A stretch of DNA of 64,000 nt, taken from assembly GCA_016219345.1 (NCBI GenBank), contig JACRNE010000001.1, positions 461 through 64,460 of the forward strand. The letters are read 5' to 3'. Made by a program: the position numbers and the translations under genes. This document shows positions 8,426-18,169 of the stretch, in pieces (positions within the stretch are counted from its first letter, which is position 1; each line of letters opens with the position of its first letter). This stretch comes from Candidatus Saccharimonadota bacterium. GTDB lineage: Bacteria; Patescibacteriota; Saccharimonadia; Saccharimonadales; 2-12-FULL-41-12. Below the pieces are notes generated by a model. It was not told the DNA's origin and ran no database searches. It was given only the letters and a program-made list of their open reading frames with translations.

Positions 8426-9007
8426 ATGATTGCTTATTTGCACGGAGTTATTCGTGAAAAGAATTTTGAAAGTGTTGTTATAGACGTTAATGGCGTAGGA
8501 TACGGCGTAAAAGTTACGATTGATGAAGCGGTTAGCTTAAAAGAAGGTGATAAAACCAAATTATTCATATATGAGCACATTAGAGAAGACACGCATGATT
8601 TATATGGATTTAGTGAACCTTTGAATCGCCAATTATTTGAACTTTTGTTAAGCGTAAAAAATGTTGGTCCAAGGGTGGCATTGGCCGTGATGAGCTTGGG
8701 CTCTGAAAGTGTGGTCAGGGGTGCAATAGCAGGTGGAGATGTGAAGTTGCTGCAAAGCGCAAAACATGTTGGCAAGAGAGCCGCGGAGCAAATTGTGGTT
8801 GAGCTAAGAGATAGAGTTGGGCTAGAGTCATCAGAGGACGCTGAGAACATTGTTAGCAGGGGCGGAGTGAGAGTTGATGATGAAGCCATGCAGGCGCTTT
8901 TAGCGCTTGGTTTTAATAATGCAGAAGCATCTAAAGCGCTCTCCGGGATAGACAAAGAGTTACCAGTCGAAGACAAAGTAAAGCAAGCTTTGAGGGCTAA
9001 GAAATGA
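8426..9007 (+). CDS. ruvA: Holliday junction helicase subunit RuvA
   Basis: [17 protein letters not shown], HhH region [17 protein letters not shown] and a C-terminal domain III. Confidence 0.9.
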   Translation: MIAYLHGVIREKNFESVVIDVNGVGYGVKVTIDEAVSLKEGDKTKLFIYEHIREDTHDLYGFSEPLNRQLFELLLSVKNVGPRVALAVMSLGSESVVRGAIAGGDVKLLQSAKHVGKRAAEQIVVELRDRVGLESSEDAENIVSRGGVRVDDEAMQALLALGFNNAEASKALSGIDKELPVEDKVKQALRAKK

Positions 9008-10029
9008 CAGTTGAGCGAATAGTGCAAAGCAATGGTGGTGATGATGAAGAGGTCGAGCTAGATAATTCACTGAGACCAAAGGATTTTACAAATTACGTTG
9101 GTCAAGAGAGACTTAAAAAGAACATAAAGCTGGCCATTGAAGCTGCTAAGAAACGTGGTGAACCGATAGATCATGTTTTGCTCTTCGGTCCTCCAGGCCT
9201 GGGTAAGACCACTATGGCTAGTGTTATAGCAAACGAAATGGGCAAATCTATTAAGATTACCTCTGGTCCGGCGATTGAGCGAGCAGGGGATTTAGCGAGT
9301 ATCCTAACGAACTTGGAGGATGGTGACATTTTATTTATTGATGAAATTCACAGATTGCACAGAAGTGTGGAAGAAGTTTTATATTCGGCAATGGAAGACT
9401 TTAAGCTCGACATAATGCTAGGTAAAGGCCCAAGCGCTAAGAGTATGCGGCTTGACCTACCTAAATTTACTATCATTGGCGCTACTACGCGCACCGGATC
9501 ACTGGCTGCTCCCTTGCGTGATCGGTTTGGTTTGCAGCATCGACTAGAATTTTATTCTGATGAGGAAATTGCCCAGATAATTAAGCGAGCTGCAAAAATA
9601 CTTGATATAAAAATTGATGATAAATCCGCTCAATATTTGGCAAGGAGGGCGCGACTAACTCCAAGAATTGCCAATAGATTGCTTAAACGAGTTAGGGACT
9701 ACGCTGACGTTAATGGCGACGGAATAATTGATACAGTTGTTTCCGAAAAGGCTATGGCGATGTTAGAGATCGACGAATTAGGTCTAGATCCTTCAGACAG
9801 AAGAGTGGTGACAACTATCATAGATAATCATGGCGGCGGCCCGGTAGGGATTAAAACTCTTTCTGCTCTTACGGGTGACGAACAAAGCACAATTGAAGAT
9901 TTCTTTGAGCCTTACCTGATGCAGATTGGCTTAATTGAGCGTACACCAAAAGGCCGTAAGGCTACGCCAAAAGCCTACAAGCACCTGAATAAAAAACCAA
10001 AAGACGGTGACCAGACTAAATTGATATAA
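9004..10029 (+). CDS. ruvB: Holliday junction helicase RuvB
   Basis: [13 protein letters not shown], Walker [10 protein letters not shown], Walker [11 protein letters not shown]. Confidence 0.95.
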   Translation: MTVERIVQSNGGDDEEVELDNSLRPKDFTNYVGQERLKKNIKLAIEAAKKRGEPIDHVLLFGPPGLGKTTMASVIANEMGKSIKITSGPAIERAGDLASILTNLEDGDILFIDEIHRLHRSVEEVLYSAMEDFKLDIMLGKGPSAKSMRLDLPKFTIIGATTRTGSLAAPLRDRFGLQHRLEFYSDEEIAQIIKRAAKILDIKIDDKSAQYLARRARLTPRIANRLLKRVRDYADVNGDGIIDTVVSEKAMAMLEIDELGLDPSDRRVVTTIIDNHGGGPVGIKTLSALTGDEQSTIEDFFEPYLMQIGLIERTPKGRKATPKAYKHLNKKPKDGDQTKLI

Positions 10030-10038
10030 TTACCGGAT

Positions 10039-10722
10039 ATGAATAAAGAAAGCAAAAATCCCAATCCGGTTGAAGAATACATGAGTAAGATAATTAATGA
10101 GAAAAAAGAGCCTACACAGAGCCCAATAACTGAAGAGGCTTTCGAAAGACGAAAACCTGTTTTTAATCCGATGGGCAAGGTGGAAGATATAAATCAAGAC
10201 GAGATAAAGGTTGCCGATATTAGACGACATTTTTTCGGTCTATTTTTAATTTATTTACAGGTTGTTTTGGGCGTTGGGCTTTCTCTTGGATTAATAGTGT
10301 TTCTACTGCCAGATGTCATAGGCTCTAGCGCTACTCTTACAGCGGCTTTATCGATGCTTTCTCTGATTTTTATAGTTTTAGGCTTAATTTTTATGGCTCT
10401 GGCTACAAGAATTTACAATGCCAATCAACTAATCATCACTGATATTCACATCACCCAAGTGTTGCAAGTTGGGCTTTTCAACAGAAAAGTTTCAGAGCTT
10501 ACTATGGAGAATGTTGAAGACGTAACTTCCGAGCAAGGTGGCGTCTTTCCGACAATTTTTAATTACGGAACCTTAAAAGTAGAAACTGCGGGTGAGCAGA
10601 ATAACTTTATTTTTAAATATTGCCCAAACCCGAATGCTTACGCGAAAGCCCTGCAGGACGCTAGAGCTGCGTATTTTGCCAAACACAATAGCAATGGCAA
10701 CCGCAACCCAACCAACATCTAG
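10039..10722 (+). CDS. membrane protein with bacterial PH (bPH_2, YdbS/YdbT-like) domain
   Basis: Two TM helices followed by LIITDIHITQV..FNRKVSELTMENVEDV..GTLKVETAG. Confidence 0.6.
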   Translation: MNKESKNPNPVEEYMSKIINEKKEPTQSPITEEAFERRKPVFNPMGKVEDINQDEIKVADIRRHFFGLFLIYLQVVLGVGLSLGLIVFLLPDVIGSSATLTAALSMLSLIFIVLGLIFMALATRIYNANQLIITDIHITQVLQVGLFNRKVSELTMENVEDVTSEQGGVFPTIFNYGTLKVETAGEQNNFIFKYCPNPNAYAKALQDARAAYFAKHNSNGNRNPTNI

Positions 10723-10724
10723 TT

Positions 10725-11027
10725 TTAGTTATCCTGGAATGGATTGTCTCTAGCGGCTTTGAATAATGATTGAACCCCTACGCTTTGGTCTTCAAGCTGC
10801 TCAATTTTGCTGATGGTTTCTTGATCTATTTTTGGTCTTTTTATGGTGTTTAGTTCTTCATTAATTTTCTCATCACTAGGTTCTATAGAAGAAAGTCTAT
10901 TGATTTGGAATACTAAAAGTCCGTAGATACTTATAACCGACACAATAAATACAAAGATCATATGAGGCTTAATGGCCTTTGCAAGCTTCTTAATATATGC
11001 TGGTATGCTTTTTAAATCTATCTTCAT
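10725..11027 (-). CDS. small single-TM protein at the distal end of the pilus operon
   Basis: 100 aa, overlaps the pilO-like stop by 4 nt. One TM helix (MIFVFIVSVISIYGLLVF). Confidence 0.45.
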   Translation of the reverse strand: MKIDLKSIPAYIKKLAKAIKPHMIFVFIVSVISIYGLLVFQINRLSSIEPSDEKINEELNTIKRPKIDQETISKIEQLEDQSVGVQSLFKAARDNPFQDN

Positions 11028-11668
11028 GGTTTTAAGTAGGCGTTAAGTTTTAATGTGAAGGTCACGTCTGACCCCTTTTCCGTTGGGCTAACCGTTATCT
11101 CAGTTACATGTGCTGTTCTGCGGTTTGCTTCAAGTTTTTCGAGGAACCGCAGGAAACCGTAATAGGAAACAGGGTTATCGCCTGATGCAATAGTTATTTC
11201 TAGAGAATAAACTCCGCTAATTCCTTCAACAGGTTTAACCTGAGATATATTTGTAGGGGCTGCCTGCGTTTTATTTTGTTCTGAAGATTCGCCGGATTCC
11301 TCGGAGGAAGTACTTTGCTTCGCAGGGGCTAGGCCTAGGTTAGAGCTTGCAAAGCTGATTTGCTGGATGCTAATGCCGCTCTCAGCTGCGATTTTATTAA
11401 TCTCTCTTACCGTTTTTGCTTGATCTTTGTCTTGTGGGACAACCGACTTGGCAATTCCATCAAGTTCAGTGTATTTTTCGATATCTTTCTTTGCTTGCGA
11501 TAGTGAAACTTTTTGCTGTTCTGCGACTTGGCCTTTAGCTTTAACGCCAACTAATTTGTCGGATTGTTTCTTAAATACGATATTCCCGGCCACAGTAACG
11601 CCTATTAATACTAAGCAGAGCAGAACGACAAACCCGGTCATTAGGTAAAAGAATCTCTTAGTGTTCAT
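11024..11668 (-). CDS. pilO: type IV pilus assembly protein PilO-like
   Basis: N-terminal TM, coiled region, C-terminal YSLEITIASGD..YYGFLRFLEKLE. Sits after pilM and pilN. Confidence 0.6.
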   Translation of the reverse strand: MNTKRFFYLMTGFVVLLCLVLIGVTVAGNIVFKKQSDKLVGVKAKGQVAEQQKVSLSQAKKDIEKYTELDGIAKSVVPQDKDQAKTVREINKIAAESGISIQQISFASSNLGLAPAKQSTSSEESGESSEQNKTQAAPTNISQVKPVEGISGVYSLEITIASGDNPVSYYGFLRFLEKLEANRRTAHVTEITVSPTEKGSDVTFTLKLNAYLKP

Positions 11669-12276
11669 GGCTGAGCCCCTGATGCTGAAGTATTTTGTAT
11701 ATAGACATAAGGATTGTCTTTAGCAAACAACGCTCTAATTTGAACGCTGCACGGATAGGCGGTTGCTGTGGCTCCTTCAGCTACGCCACAGTTTATAGTT
11801 TCTAGATCGGCTTTTTGGAAGATCTTATTATTTGGGTCTTCCAAATTAACCTGCAATTGAGTAGCTGAGTCTATATCCTTTGCGACGGCCTTTAATGTTA
11901 TGCCCCCTGAGACTTTGTCAATTTTTATCTGCTCCAATGATGTGCCCGCAGGCAGCGTGGCTCCAAGCTGACGAAGAAGTCCAGAGAACAATATCTCGCG
12001 TGATAGTACCTGAAGGATTAACTTTGTATTTGCAGATATTTCATCTAGCCGTTTTCTGGTGCCTTCAATATCTTGTTCTTCCAAGCTTTTTTGAGAAGCT
12101 GCTACCTCTTTTTGATTTGCTTTAATGGCTTGGTCCATATATATGTACCCACCACCGATGATTACTATCGCTCCGAATATTGTGATTAAGAGAGCCAATC
12201 CCCACTTGCGAAGCGCTGCGTTTCTACGTGCATAGACAATATTTTGCTTATAATCAGGAGGAAGAAGATTGATCAT
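11665..12276 (-). CDS. pilN: type IV pilus assembly protein PilN-like
   Basis: MINLLPPDY start, single TM helix, position directly after pilM. Confidence 0.65.
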   Translation of the reverse strand: MINLLPPDYKQNIVYARRNAALRKWGLALLITIFGAIVIIGGGYIYMDQAIKANQKEVAASQKSLEEQDIEGTRKRLDEISANTKLILQVLSREILFSGLLRQLGATLPAGTSLEQIKIDKVSGGITLKAVAKDIDSATQLQVNLEDPNNKIFQKADLETINCGVAEGATATAYPCSVQIRALFAKDNPYVYIQNTSASGAQP

Positions 12277-13344
12277 CTAGAAAATCTCCTTAGGGTTTAT
12301 AAAACATAGTCCAGCTACAGTTACATAGACAGATTTCTCGTTTTCATTTGGGGCGTGTAGCCTATGTAGGCTTAAGCCTTGCCACGGCTCACTCATTCTG
12401 ACCGGGAGCCTCAATACATCAGTCAAATATCCACTGAGACCTGGCATGTTTGAGCCGCCCCCCATAGTTATTATTTGTCCAACTTTTGATTTTGAACCAG
12501 ACCTTTCTTCGTAATAGCGGATCATTCTGCGAACCTCGCGAACAAGCTGGTCAAGCTCGGGCTTTAGAATCTCGAGTATTTTATCTTGTTTTTTGCTTTT
12601 ACTAATTCCGTATTTAGTCTTGATAACGTGAGCTTCTTCTTTGCTGACATTTAGATTTTTGGCCAAGATTTCTGTGAATGTGTCGCCACCACTAGGTATG
12701 GTGCCGGTTATGACGTTAGTTTTATCACGAATGGTTATATCTGCTGAGATCGATCCGAAATCAATCAGTACAGCTGGTATATCGCTGTGTTCTTCTTTCT
12801 GGTCAAATAAGCGTCCAGCAGCACTAATACTGGTATCAAAAATAACTGGCTCTAATCCCAATATCTTCAAAAAGTTTAGATGAGAATCAACGATTTTTTT
12901 AGGTATAGCAACGGTCAATATCTCTGTAGTTTTGTCATTTTTTGAAACAACTGAATAGTCTAAATAAAGTTCGCCTATAGGTACGGGGATATTTTGTTCA
13001 GCTTCAAGCATGACGGCTTCGTGAAGTTCACTATCCTCAATTGGGGGTAGTACAAAAGTATGAGTAAAAGTTCTGATTGAGGGAATGCCTAGAGCAACGC
13101 GTTTTGTTGTTATCTCGCCCACGATGTTTTTTTTGAACAAATTCAGAGTAGCCTGAGCAAGAGACTCATAATCTACGATAACGCCATCTTTAATCGCTGA
13201 GCTATCGAAAGCACCTATACCATAGCCTACAACACGGTGCTGATCACCGTGATGTTCTAGCTGCATAACCTTTATGCTGCTGAAGCCAATGTCCAGTCCA
13301 AATAGTGGTTTATCTTTGTAAAAATGTGTGTTATCTATGTCCAT
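12277..13344 (-). CDS. pilM: type IV pilus assembly ATPase-fold protein PilM
   Basis: Actin-like motifs FGLDIGFSSIKV, LIDFGSISADI, MGGGSNMPGL. I prefer the ATG at 13344, which has GGTGGG 4 nt upstream, over the TTG at 13356 used by the track. Confidence 0.85.
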   Translation of the reverse strand: MDIDNTHFYKDKPLFGLDIGFSSIKVMQLEHHGDQHRVVGYGIGAFDSSAIKDGVIVDYESLAQATLNLFKKNIVGEITTKRVALGIPSIRTFTHTFVLPPIEDSELHEAVMLEAEQNIPVPIGELYLDYSVVSKNDKTTEILTVAIPKKIVDSHLNFLKILGLEPVIFDTSISAAGRLFDQKEEHSDIPAVLIDFGSISADITIRDKTNVITGTIPSGGDTFTEILAKNLNVSKEEAHVIKTKYGISKSKKQDKILEILKPELDQLVREVRRMIRYYEERSGSKSKVGQIITMGGGSNMPGLSGYLTDVLRLPVRMSEPWQGLSLHRLHAPNENEKSVYVTVAGLCFINPKEIF

Positions 13345-13415
13345 TTTGCCCACCAAAGTGCCATGTTAACTATATCATATAAGTTGCTTTTAACAGATGG
13401 TGATTATGCTGAGAC

Positions 13416-14777
13416 TTAGTCAAAAGATCTTTTATATGAATCAACGACCCAGACTGTATCACCAAAACCGCTAACGCTTGTGCCAAATGTGACTGCTAAA
13501 CTGTTATTAAGCTCTACAGTTTGTCCAACAAGAGCCCCTATACTACCGGAGTTTCCAGCGACCACCTTAGACCATCGGGCATAAAATTCCGTATTAAAAC
13601 CACTGCCTGTGTTATTTATGTTTATAGTTGGCATTGACTGACTGTTGTAAAGATTTGTTCCAGTAACATTTGCGTCGGGGTTTCCTGTGGCGTTGGCGTA
13701 GGTAATTATGCGGAAGCCCGTAAGATTTAAATTAGTATTAAGGCTCGCAGCGTTAGATAGGGTAAAGCCCGTGCTTCCATCTATCATTATGACCGGTGGT
13801 TCTGTTAAGCCCGACCTAACATTTAATGATGACAAGTTTCTGACATTTAAATTGCCTGTTATCCATACATTACCCTCAACAGTTACAAAGCAAAGGTTTG
13901 AAACAGTTACATCGCCGGTTATTTTGGTGTTTGCAGGCCAGGTTTTAAAACCAAAAGAACAACCAGCCTGCGCGCCAGTAATCTCGTTTGTCACTGCAGC
14001 TTTTTGTCCCGCTCTATCATAGCTCGGCAGCGAAACAGCAGGCACGGAGCTACCAGTAACTAATCCACCGTTAGACATTCCAGCACCATTTGTCTGGTTT
14101 GTTGCCTCCACATCACCATAGATCCTAGAAGAATGATTGAGGGTTATGGGTTGTCCATTTTCCCCAGATGCACAAACTCTAGGGTAGGTGGCTCCAGGAC
14201 TTGACCCCGCGGGGCAGGATTGGTGTGCTACTTTAACATCAACCGGTAGGAAACTAAGTCCGATTTGCGAAGTGTTGCTCATGGTCAAAGTACCATTAAC
14301 ATAAACGCTACCATTCACAATTCTGGAGCTGTTTCTCATAATCAGTCCACCGACACCACTAACTATGCTATATTCACCAGAAACAACGCCCCTAATGCCC
14401 ATGTCGATGCTAATTGAGCTTTCAGGGGTAGCTGAGCTACCTCTATAGGTCTTTCCGGTTGATGTTACAGTTTTGTTGGTCGAGTCCACATCTGTAACAC
14501 TTACTTGGTAGGTGGTTCGGATGGTGCCGTCGTTATGCAGATCAAGCTCCGTAGCTGTTCCCGTCCAGCTGCCATTTTCATTTATTTCTTCCATAGCATA
14601 GTCAAGTCCTGCGTCAGCTGCAAACTGCGCGTGGGTACGGTACTGGTCTTTTCGTGCTATCTGGAATCCTGTAACGGCAAATTGCATATATGCCGCTGCC
14701 ACCAGAAGGAAAAAAGGCATTATTATCAAGATAGAAATTAGCACTGAGCCTTTTTGATTTATATCAACTCTCTTCAT
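13416..14777 (-). CDS. PilX-N-domain pilus protein, large (453 aa)
   Basis: N-terminus GSVLISILIIMPFFLLVAAAYMQF..ARKDQYRTHAQFAADAGLDYAM resembles the PilX N-terminal domain. The rest is Gly/Asn/Ser/Thr-rich and repeat-like. Confidence 0.6.
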   Translation of the reverse strand: MKRVDINQKGSVLISILIIMPFFLLVAAAYMQFAVTGFQIARKDQYRTHAQFAADAGLDYAMEEINENGSWTGTATELDLHNDGTIRTTYQVSVTDVDSTNKTVTSTGKTYRGSSATPESSISIDMGIRGVVSGEYSIVSGVGGLIMRNSSRIVNGSVYVNGTLTMSNTSQIGLSFLPVDVKVAHQSCPAGSSPGATYPRVCASGENGQPITLNHSSRIYGDVEATNQTNGAGMSNGGLVTGSSVPAVSLPSYDRAGQKAAVTNEITGAQAGCSFGFKTWPANTKITGDVTVSNLCFVTVEGNVWITGNLNVRNLSSLNVRSGLTEPPVIMIDGSTGFTLSNAASLNTNLNLTGFRIITYANATGNPDANVTGTNLYNSQSMPTININNTGSGFNTEFYARWSKVVAGNSGSIGALVGQTVELNNSLAVTFGTSVSGFGDTVWVVDSYKRSFD

Positions 14778-15448
14778 TAGAATGTGTTCCTTAAGGTTAT
14801 TCTTATGCTGTTGTCGAATGTTATTGGATTACCAAAAGTATCCTTTGATAACGTCAAATCTATTTTAATCGATCGTGCTAACGCTGTGTTAGCAGTTGTG
14901 GCATTATCCTGGTCATAAAGAGTGAATGACATTGTTTCAAGATTTTCTACAAGCTTTCTGTCGGCGGGGCAGGATGAAGTCGCGACGCTCTCTGGACAGG
15001 ATGTCTTTAGACTGTTGCCGGTTGCGCTAGGATGAGCCAATGTACGTTTATAAAGTGCAGTACCTTGCTTAAAGTACACGAATTCGTTCATGTAGGGGCT
15101 GCCTGTGGATGTATCAATAATGTAATTGTTTGAAGAATCTACTGCTGGTACGGCTGTAATGATTACAAAATTAACGTTACCTGTATTCCAGCCTGCTCCT
15201 GGGCCATTAGGGTCGGTTATGGTGTTTGTCTGTCTTACACCTGCGCCGTATCTGAGTTCCTCAACCATTGTCCTAAGCAGAATCTGTGAGCCGCTGGTCA
15301 TCTCGATAGAAGTATTTATGCGTGTATTTGTGACGAGAAAGTTAGTAAAAATAGCCATGAAGCCGATGGATAGGATAGCCATCAATCCAATAGTCATATT
15401 AAGTTCCACAATCGTAAAACCCCCTTCTGAACTTCGCACCGGCTTCAT
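14777..15448 (-). CDS. prepilin-type minor pilin
   Basis: MKPVRSSEGG|FTIVELNMTIGLMAILS class III signal. The track ORF runs on to 15889, but that part looks non-coding. An alternative ATG at 15550 has AGGAGG 13 nt upstream. Confidence 0.7.
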   Translation of the reverse strand: MKPVRSSEGGFTIVELNMTIGLMAILSIGFMAIFTNFLVTNTRINTSIEMTSGSQILLRTMVEELRYGAGVRQTNTITDPNGPGAGWNTGNVNFVIITAVPAVDSSNNYIIDTSTGSPYMNEFVYFKQGTALYKRTLAHPSATGNSLKTSCPESVATSSCPADRKLVENLETMSFTLYDQDNATTANTALARSIKIDLTLSKDTFGNPITFDNSIRITLRNTF

Positions 15449-15872
15449 CCTGTTTTCGAACAGAGTTCGAAATACCGATGAAGCCTTTTGACGCAACGCT
15501 TTGTCGGAAACGCTCCCTCGCTCATTCAACGTATTTTTTATACGACTCATTCGCTCTTCGCTACCTCCTAGCGTTGCATTCAAATGCGAAGCCCAGATTT
15601 TTAAGAAGAAAATCCAAACTGACCTAAAGTGCAAAATGCTCAAGGCTCCTGAATTAACGAACTTTGACCGGAATCCGTTCTGTACGTGAGTGTTAGGTGT
15701 GACCAAGCGTTTTGCACTTGAGTGCAATGTTAGGAGGCCATGAAACGCGGAGTAAGACGTACGAATGGTACGACGCACGAGCATTGGAATGGCCGACAAA
15801 GCAGTGCTCCAAGAGTCTTGGTAGAGTGACCGGCTTTGCCGGGCAGCAGACCAAGACGGTGCAGAAGGCTTG
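15449..15872 (-). other. GC-rich, hairpin-rich spacer between two minor pilin genes (unassigned)
   Basis: I counted 55-60% GC in 15781-15900. Contains nested hairpin GUCUUGG..CCGGCaaaGCCGG..CCAAGAC, plus UUGCACucaaGUGCAA and CGUACcauucGUACG on the minus strand. Confidence 0.35.
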
Positions 15873-16271
15873 CTAGTATTGGCCGACACCGAGCTCTCCT
15901 ATGAATGTTGTATAACTATAAGTCTTAGCCGTACCTTGGTCATTGTATGTGACGTTTATAGCTACGCGTTTAATAGATGTGGATTCACTGCTTATTACCA
16001 CGCTTCCACTTTTGGGGGCCCTAAGTTCTGCTGGTAGTTCAGCCGTCACATCAATAGTGCCGTTGGATAGGCTGAGATATCCTGCGCTTCTTAGTTCTTC
16101 TACTTTATTTTCAACGAAAGAATTGGTTGTGGCTACGTCTTTTGATCGCTCTGCTAAGTAGCTATTGTTAGAGATCAGATTAGCTACAGCCCCAAAAAAA
16201 AGCGCCCCAATTACAATAGCTGTAATTAGTTCGACTAACGTAAATCCAGACTCGGAATTCTTTAGGTTCAA
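15873..16271 (-). CDS. prepilin-type minor pilin
   Basis: MNLKNSESG|FTLVELITAIVIGALFF. Confidence 0.8.
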   Translation of the reverse strand: MNLKNSESGFTLVELITAIVIGALFFGAVANLISNNSYLAERSKDVATTNSFVENKVEELRSAGYLSLSNGTIDVTAELPAELRAPKSGSVVISSESTSIKRVAINVTYNDQGTAKTYSYTTFIGELGVGQY

Positions 16272-16304
16272 TTAAACACCCTTATGGTTACTTAGATTGA
16301 TTAT

Positions 16305-16335
16305 AAAAAACCCTGGCGGTTTAGGCCAGGGTTTT
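16305..16335 (-). terminator. intrinsic terminator or attenuator after pilA
   Basis: ccctggc/gccaggg stem with a 7-nt loop. A-run and T-run flanks give a U tract on the minus strand. Confidence 0.6.
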
Positions 16336-16354
16336 AAATTACGACAGAAGGAGA

Positions 16355-16807
16355 CTAGTTATTAGAACCGTTCTTCGCAAATGTTCCACCAGATTCTAGT
16401 GTCGCTGTTAGCGTAAAGCCTAGACAGTCACCACCAGTTGTTGTGTTGTCACATCCAGCCGGTGTTACGGCATATGAGTAAGAGTTAGCTGCAGGAGCGC
16501 CTACTAAAGTAGCACCACTTCCTTTAGGATCAGTCAAAGCATCGTCGCTTAGACCTTTCAAACTGTTAGTTCTAAAGGTAGAACTGTTCATATCCGTTAG
16601 AGTTGGGTATTTGCCATTTTCAGCAAAATAAACCTCAACTTGACTATACATAGAGTTGATATCACTCTTTCGGTCAGCGTCTCGACCTTTCTTCTGCACA
16701 CCTGTAAATGTTGTTATAACTATTGCCGCTAAGATACCTATAACGACGATAACGATTAGTAGCTCCACGATAGTAAAACCGCTTTGCTTTTTCTTTAGTG
16801 AGATCAT
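16355..16807 (-). CDS. pilA: type IV major pilin
   Basis: MISLKKKQSG|FTIVELLIVIVVIGILAAIV. Strong SD AAGGAGGGTGGG. Its own terminator lies downstream. Confidence 0.85.
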   Translation of the reverse strand: MISLKKKQSGFTIVELLIVIVVIGILAAIVITTFTGVQKKGRDADRKSDINSMYSQVEVYFAENGKYPTLTDMNSSTFRTNSLKGLSDDALTDPKGSGATLVGAPAANSYSYAVTPAGCDNTTTGGDCLGFTLTATLESGGTFAKNGSNN

Positions 16808-16957
16808 GAGGACCCACCCTCCTTTGTTTACTTGTTGTTAATTTAAGTTTTTACTCTGATCTTACTGTTAAGCTGAGCTATAAAGTAAGCATCTGGCCTA
16901 AATTATTAAACATAAGAGGGTTCAAGGTCAACCCCTTTTTGAAAACCTTTACACACC

Positions 16958-18169
16958 TTATTCACCGACGTTTTGACTCAAGGAGGCTATAGGGCCCATA
17001 ACACTAGCTGCTATAACACCTACCATCGCACCCAAAACAATAATCATAATTGGCTCAATCAGCGAACTCAATCCATCTATTACCGCGTCAACCTCTTCTT
17101 CATAGAAATCAGCTACCTTAATTAATATAGTGTCAATCTGACCGGTCTCTTCACCGACAGCCAACATTTGGCTAACAATAGGGGGGAAGATAGCGCTCTT
17201 TGAGAGAGGCTCACTCAGCTGCTTTCCATTCCTAACTTCAGCCGCTGCAGCTTTTAACTCTGCCTCTATTACTTTATTGCCGATAACATTGCCTGTTACC
17301 TCCAGCGCATCTAAAACGGCCACACCGGCGGACATTAAGGATGCAAATGTCCTGGCAAAACGTGCTAACGCTATTTTGACAATGATTGTTTTAATAATCG
17401 GTATTTTCAGTAAAAGTTTGTGGAATTGATATTTTCCTTTAGGCGTCTTGATGTAGCGTCGTAGCAAAGTTATGCCTCCGACCAGTAAAATGACAATAAT
17501 AATGGCGTTAGAGCGCATAAAATCACTGATGCTTAACATGGCTTCGGTGTAAACTGGCAGTTTAGCGTCGGGTCCGCCCAGGTCCTTAATAATTGCACCG
17601 ATCTTAGGAATCACAAAAATCATAATTCCGAAAAACGCGATGATAGTTATGCCAAAAATCACCGTAGGGTAGGCCATAGCACTCTTAATTTTTTTACGCA
17701 TGGAAGCATCTTTTTCCACCTGAGCGGCTAAACGCTTCAAGATATCGTCTAAAATTCCTCCAGATTCGCCTGCTCGCACCATGCTTACGTATATTTCATT
17801 GAAAGCGTCTGGATGTTTACCAAGGGCATCCGCAAAAGACAGCCCACCCTCTACATCCTTAGCAACAGCACCGATTACAGTGTTGAAATATTTGTTACTC
17901 GTTTGCATCTGCATGGTTGCAAGAGATCTATTAAGGGGTACTCCCGCGGAGATCATGGTTGAGAGCTGACGAGTAAAAACAACCAAGTCTTTTATCTTTA
18001 CTTTGCCATGTTTTAGTTTGGCAATGCGTGATTTACCGCCGACTGTCTTTATGGAAATTGGGTGGATGTTTTGGTGTGCAAGGGTTGAGATAGCGGCAGC
18101 TTTAGACGAGGCTTCGACTGTCCCGTTGATTTTTTTGCCGTCTTTTGTGGCTGTGTATTCAAATCTCAT
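16958..18169 (-). CDS. pilC: type IV pilus platform protein PilC (GspF family)
   Basis: 403 aa, two T2SS-F repeats, 3 TM helices. Overlaps the pilB stop by 4 nt. Confidence 0.9.
   Translation of the reverse strand: MRFEYTATKDGKKINGTVEASSKAAAISTLAHQNIHPISIKTVGGKSRIAKLKHGKVKIKDLVVFTRQLSTMISAGVPLNRSLATMQMQTSNKYFNTVIGAVAKDVEGGLSFADALGKHPDAFNEIYVSMVRAGESGGILDDILKRLAAQVEKDASMRKKIKSAMAYPTVIFGITIIAFFGIMIFVIPKIGAIIKDLGGPDAKLPVYTEAMLSISDFMRSNAIIIVILLVGGITLLRRYIKTPKGKYQFHKLLLKIPIIKTIIVKIALARFARTFASLMSAGVAVLDALEVTGNVIGNKVIEAELKAAAAEVRNGKQLSEPLSKSAIFPPIVSQMLAVGEETGQIDTILIKVADFYEEEVDAVIDGLSSLIEPIMIIVLGAMVGVIAASVMGPIASLSQNVGE

Noticed and set aside
8434-9027. 197-aa antisense ORF across ruvA, and similar antisense ORFs inside recA, rny, clpB-like, gdh, murA, glyA, pgk and others
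   Set aside because: The sense strand carries clear conserved-family motifs. The antisense translations are Ser/Leu/Cys-rich and low-complexity, which is typical of shadow ORFs.
15540-15572. A dispersed repeat family linking the GC-rich patches (15540-15572, 58265-58298, 33168-33195, 45040-45065)
   Set aside because: The best pair matches at about 28 of 34 positions with one gap, in C/T/G-biased sequence. My rough estimate is that such a match could occur by chance among all pairs in 64 kb. The other similarities are weaker. It is mentioned under the tRNA-Glu finding but not called as a repeat family.
15449-15889. The GC-rich pilin-operon spacer as RNase P RNA, tmRNA, SRP RNA or a c-di-GMP riboswitch
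   Set aside because: There are loose resemblances: AUGAAACGCGGAGUAAGAC to RNase P CR-II/III, GCAGAAGGCUUGC to CR-V, and CGGCAAAGCCGG to the GEMM-I ACGCAAAGCC motif. The diagnostic elements are absent, though. There is no GGAAAGUCC for P4 and the candidate strands do not pair. There is no GGUUCGAnUCC T-arm mimic or tag ORF, no GGAA-capped SRP domain IV, and no GNRA tetraloop/receptor pair. It remains unassigned.
14777-15889. The 370-aa track ORF as one long pilin-like protein
   Set aside because: The first ~147 codons translate to non-protein-like sequence (SWSAARQSRSLYQDSWSTALSAIPMLVRR..). The class III signal G|FTIVE appears only after Met148. The upstream open frame is best explained by GC-rich composition.
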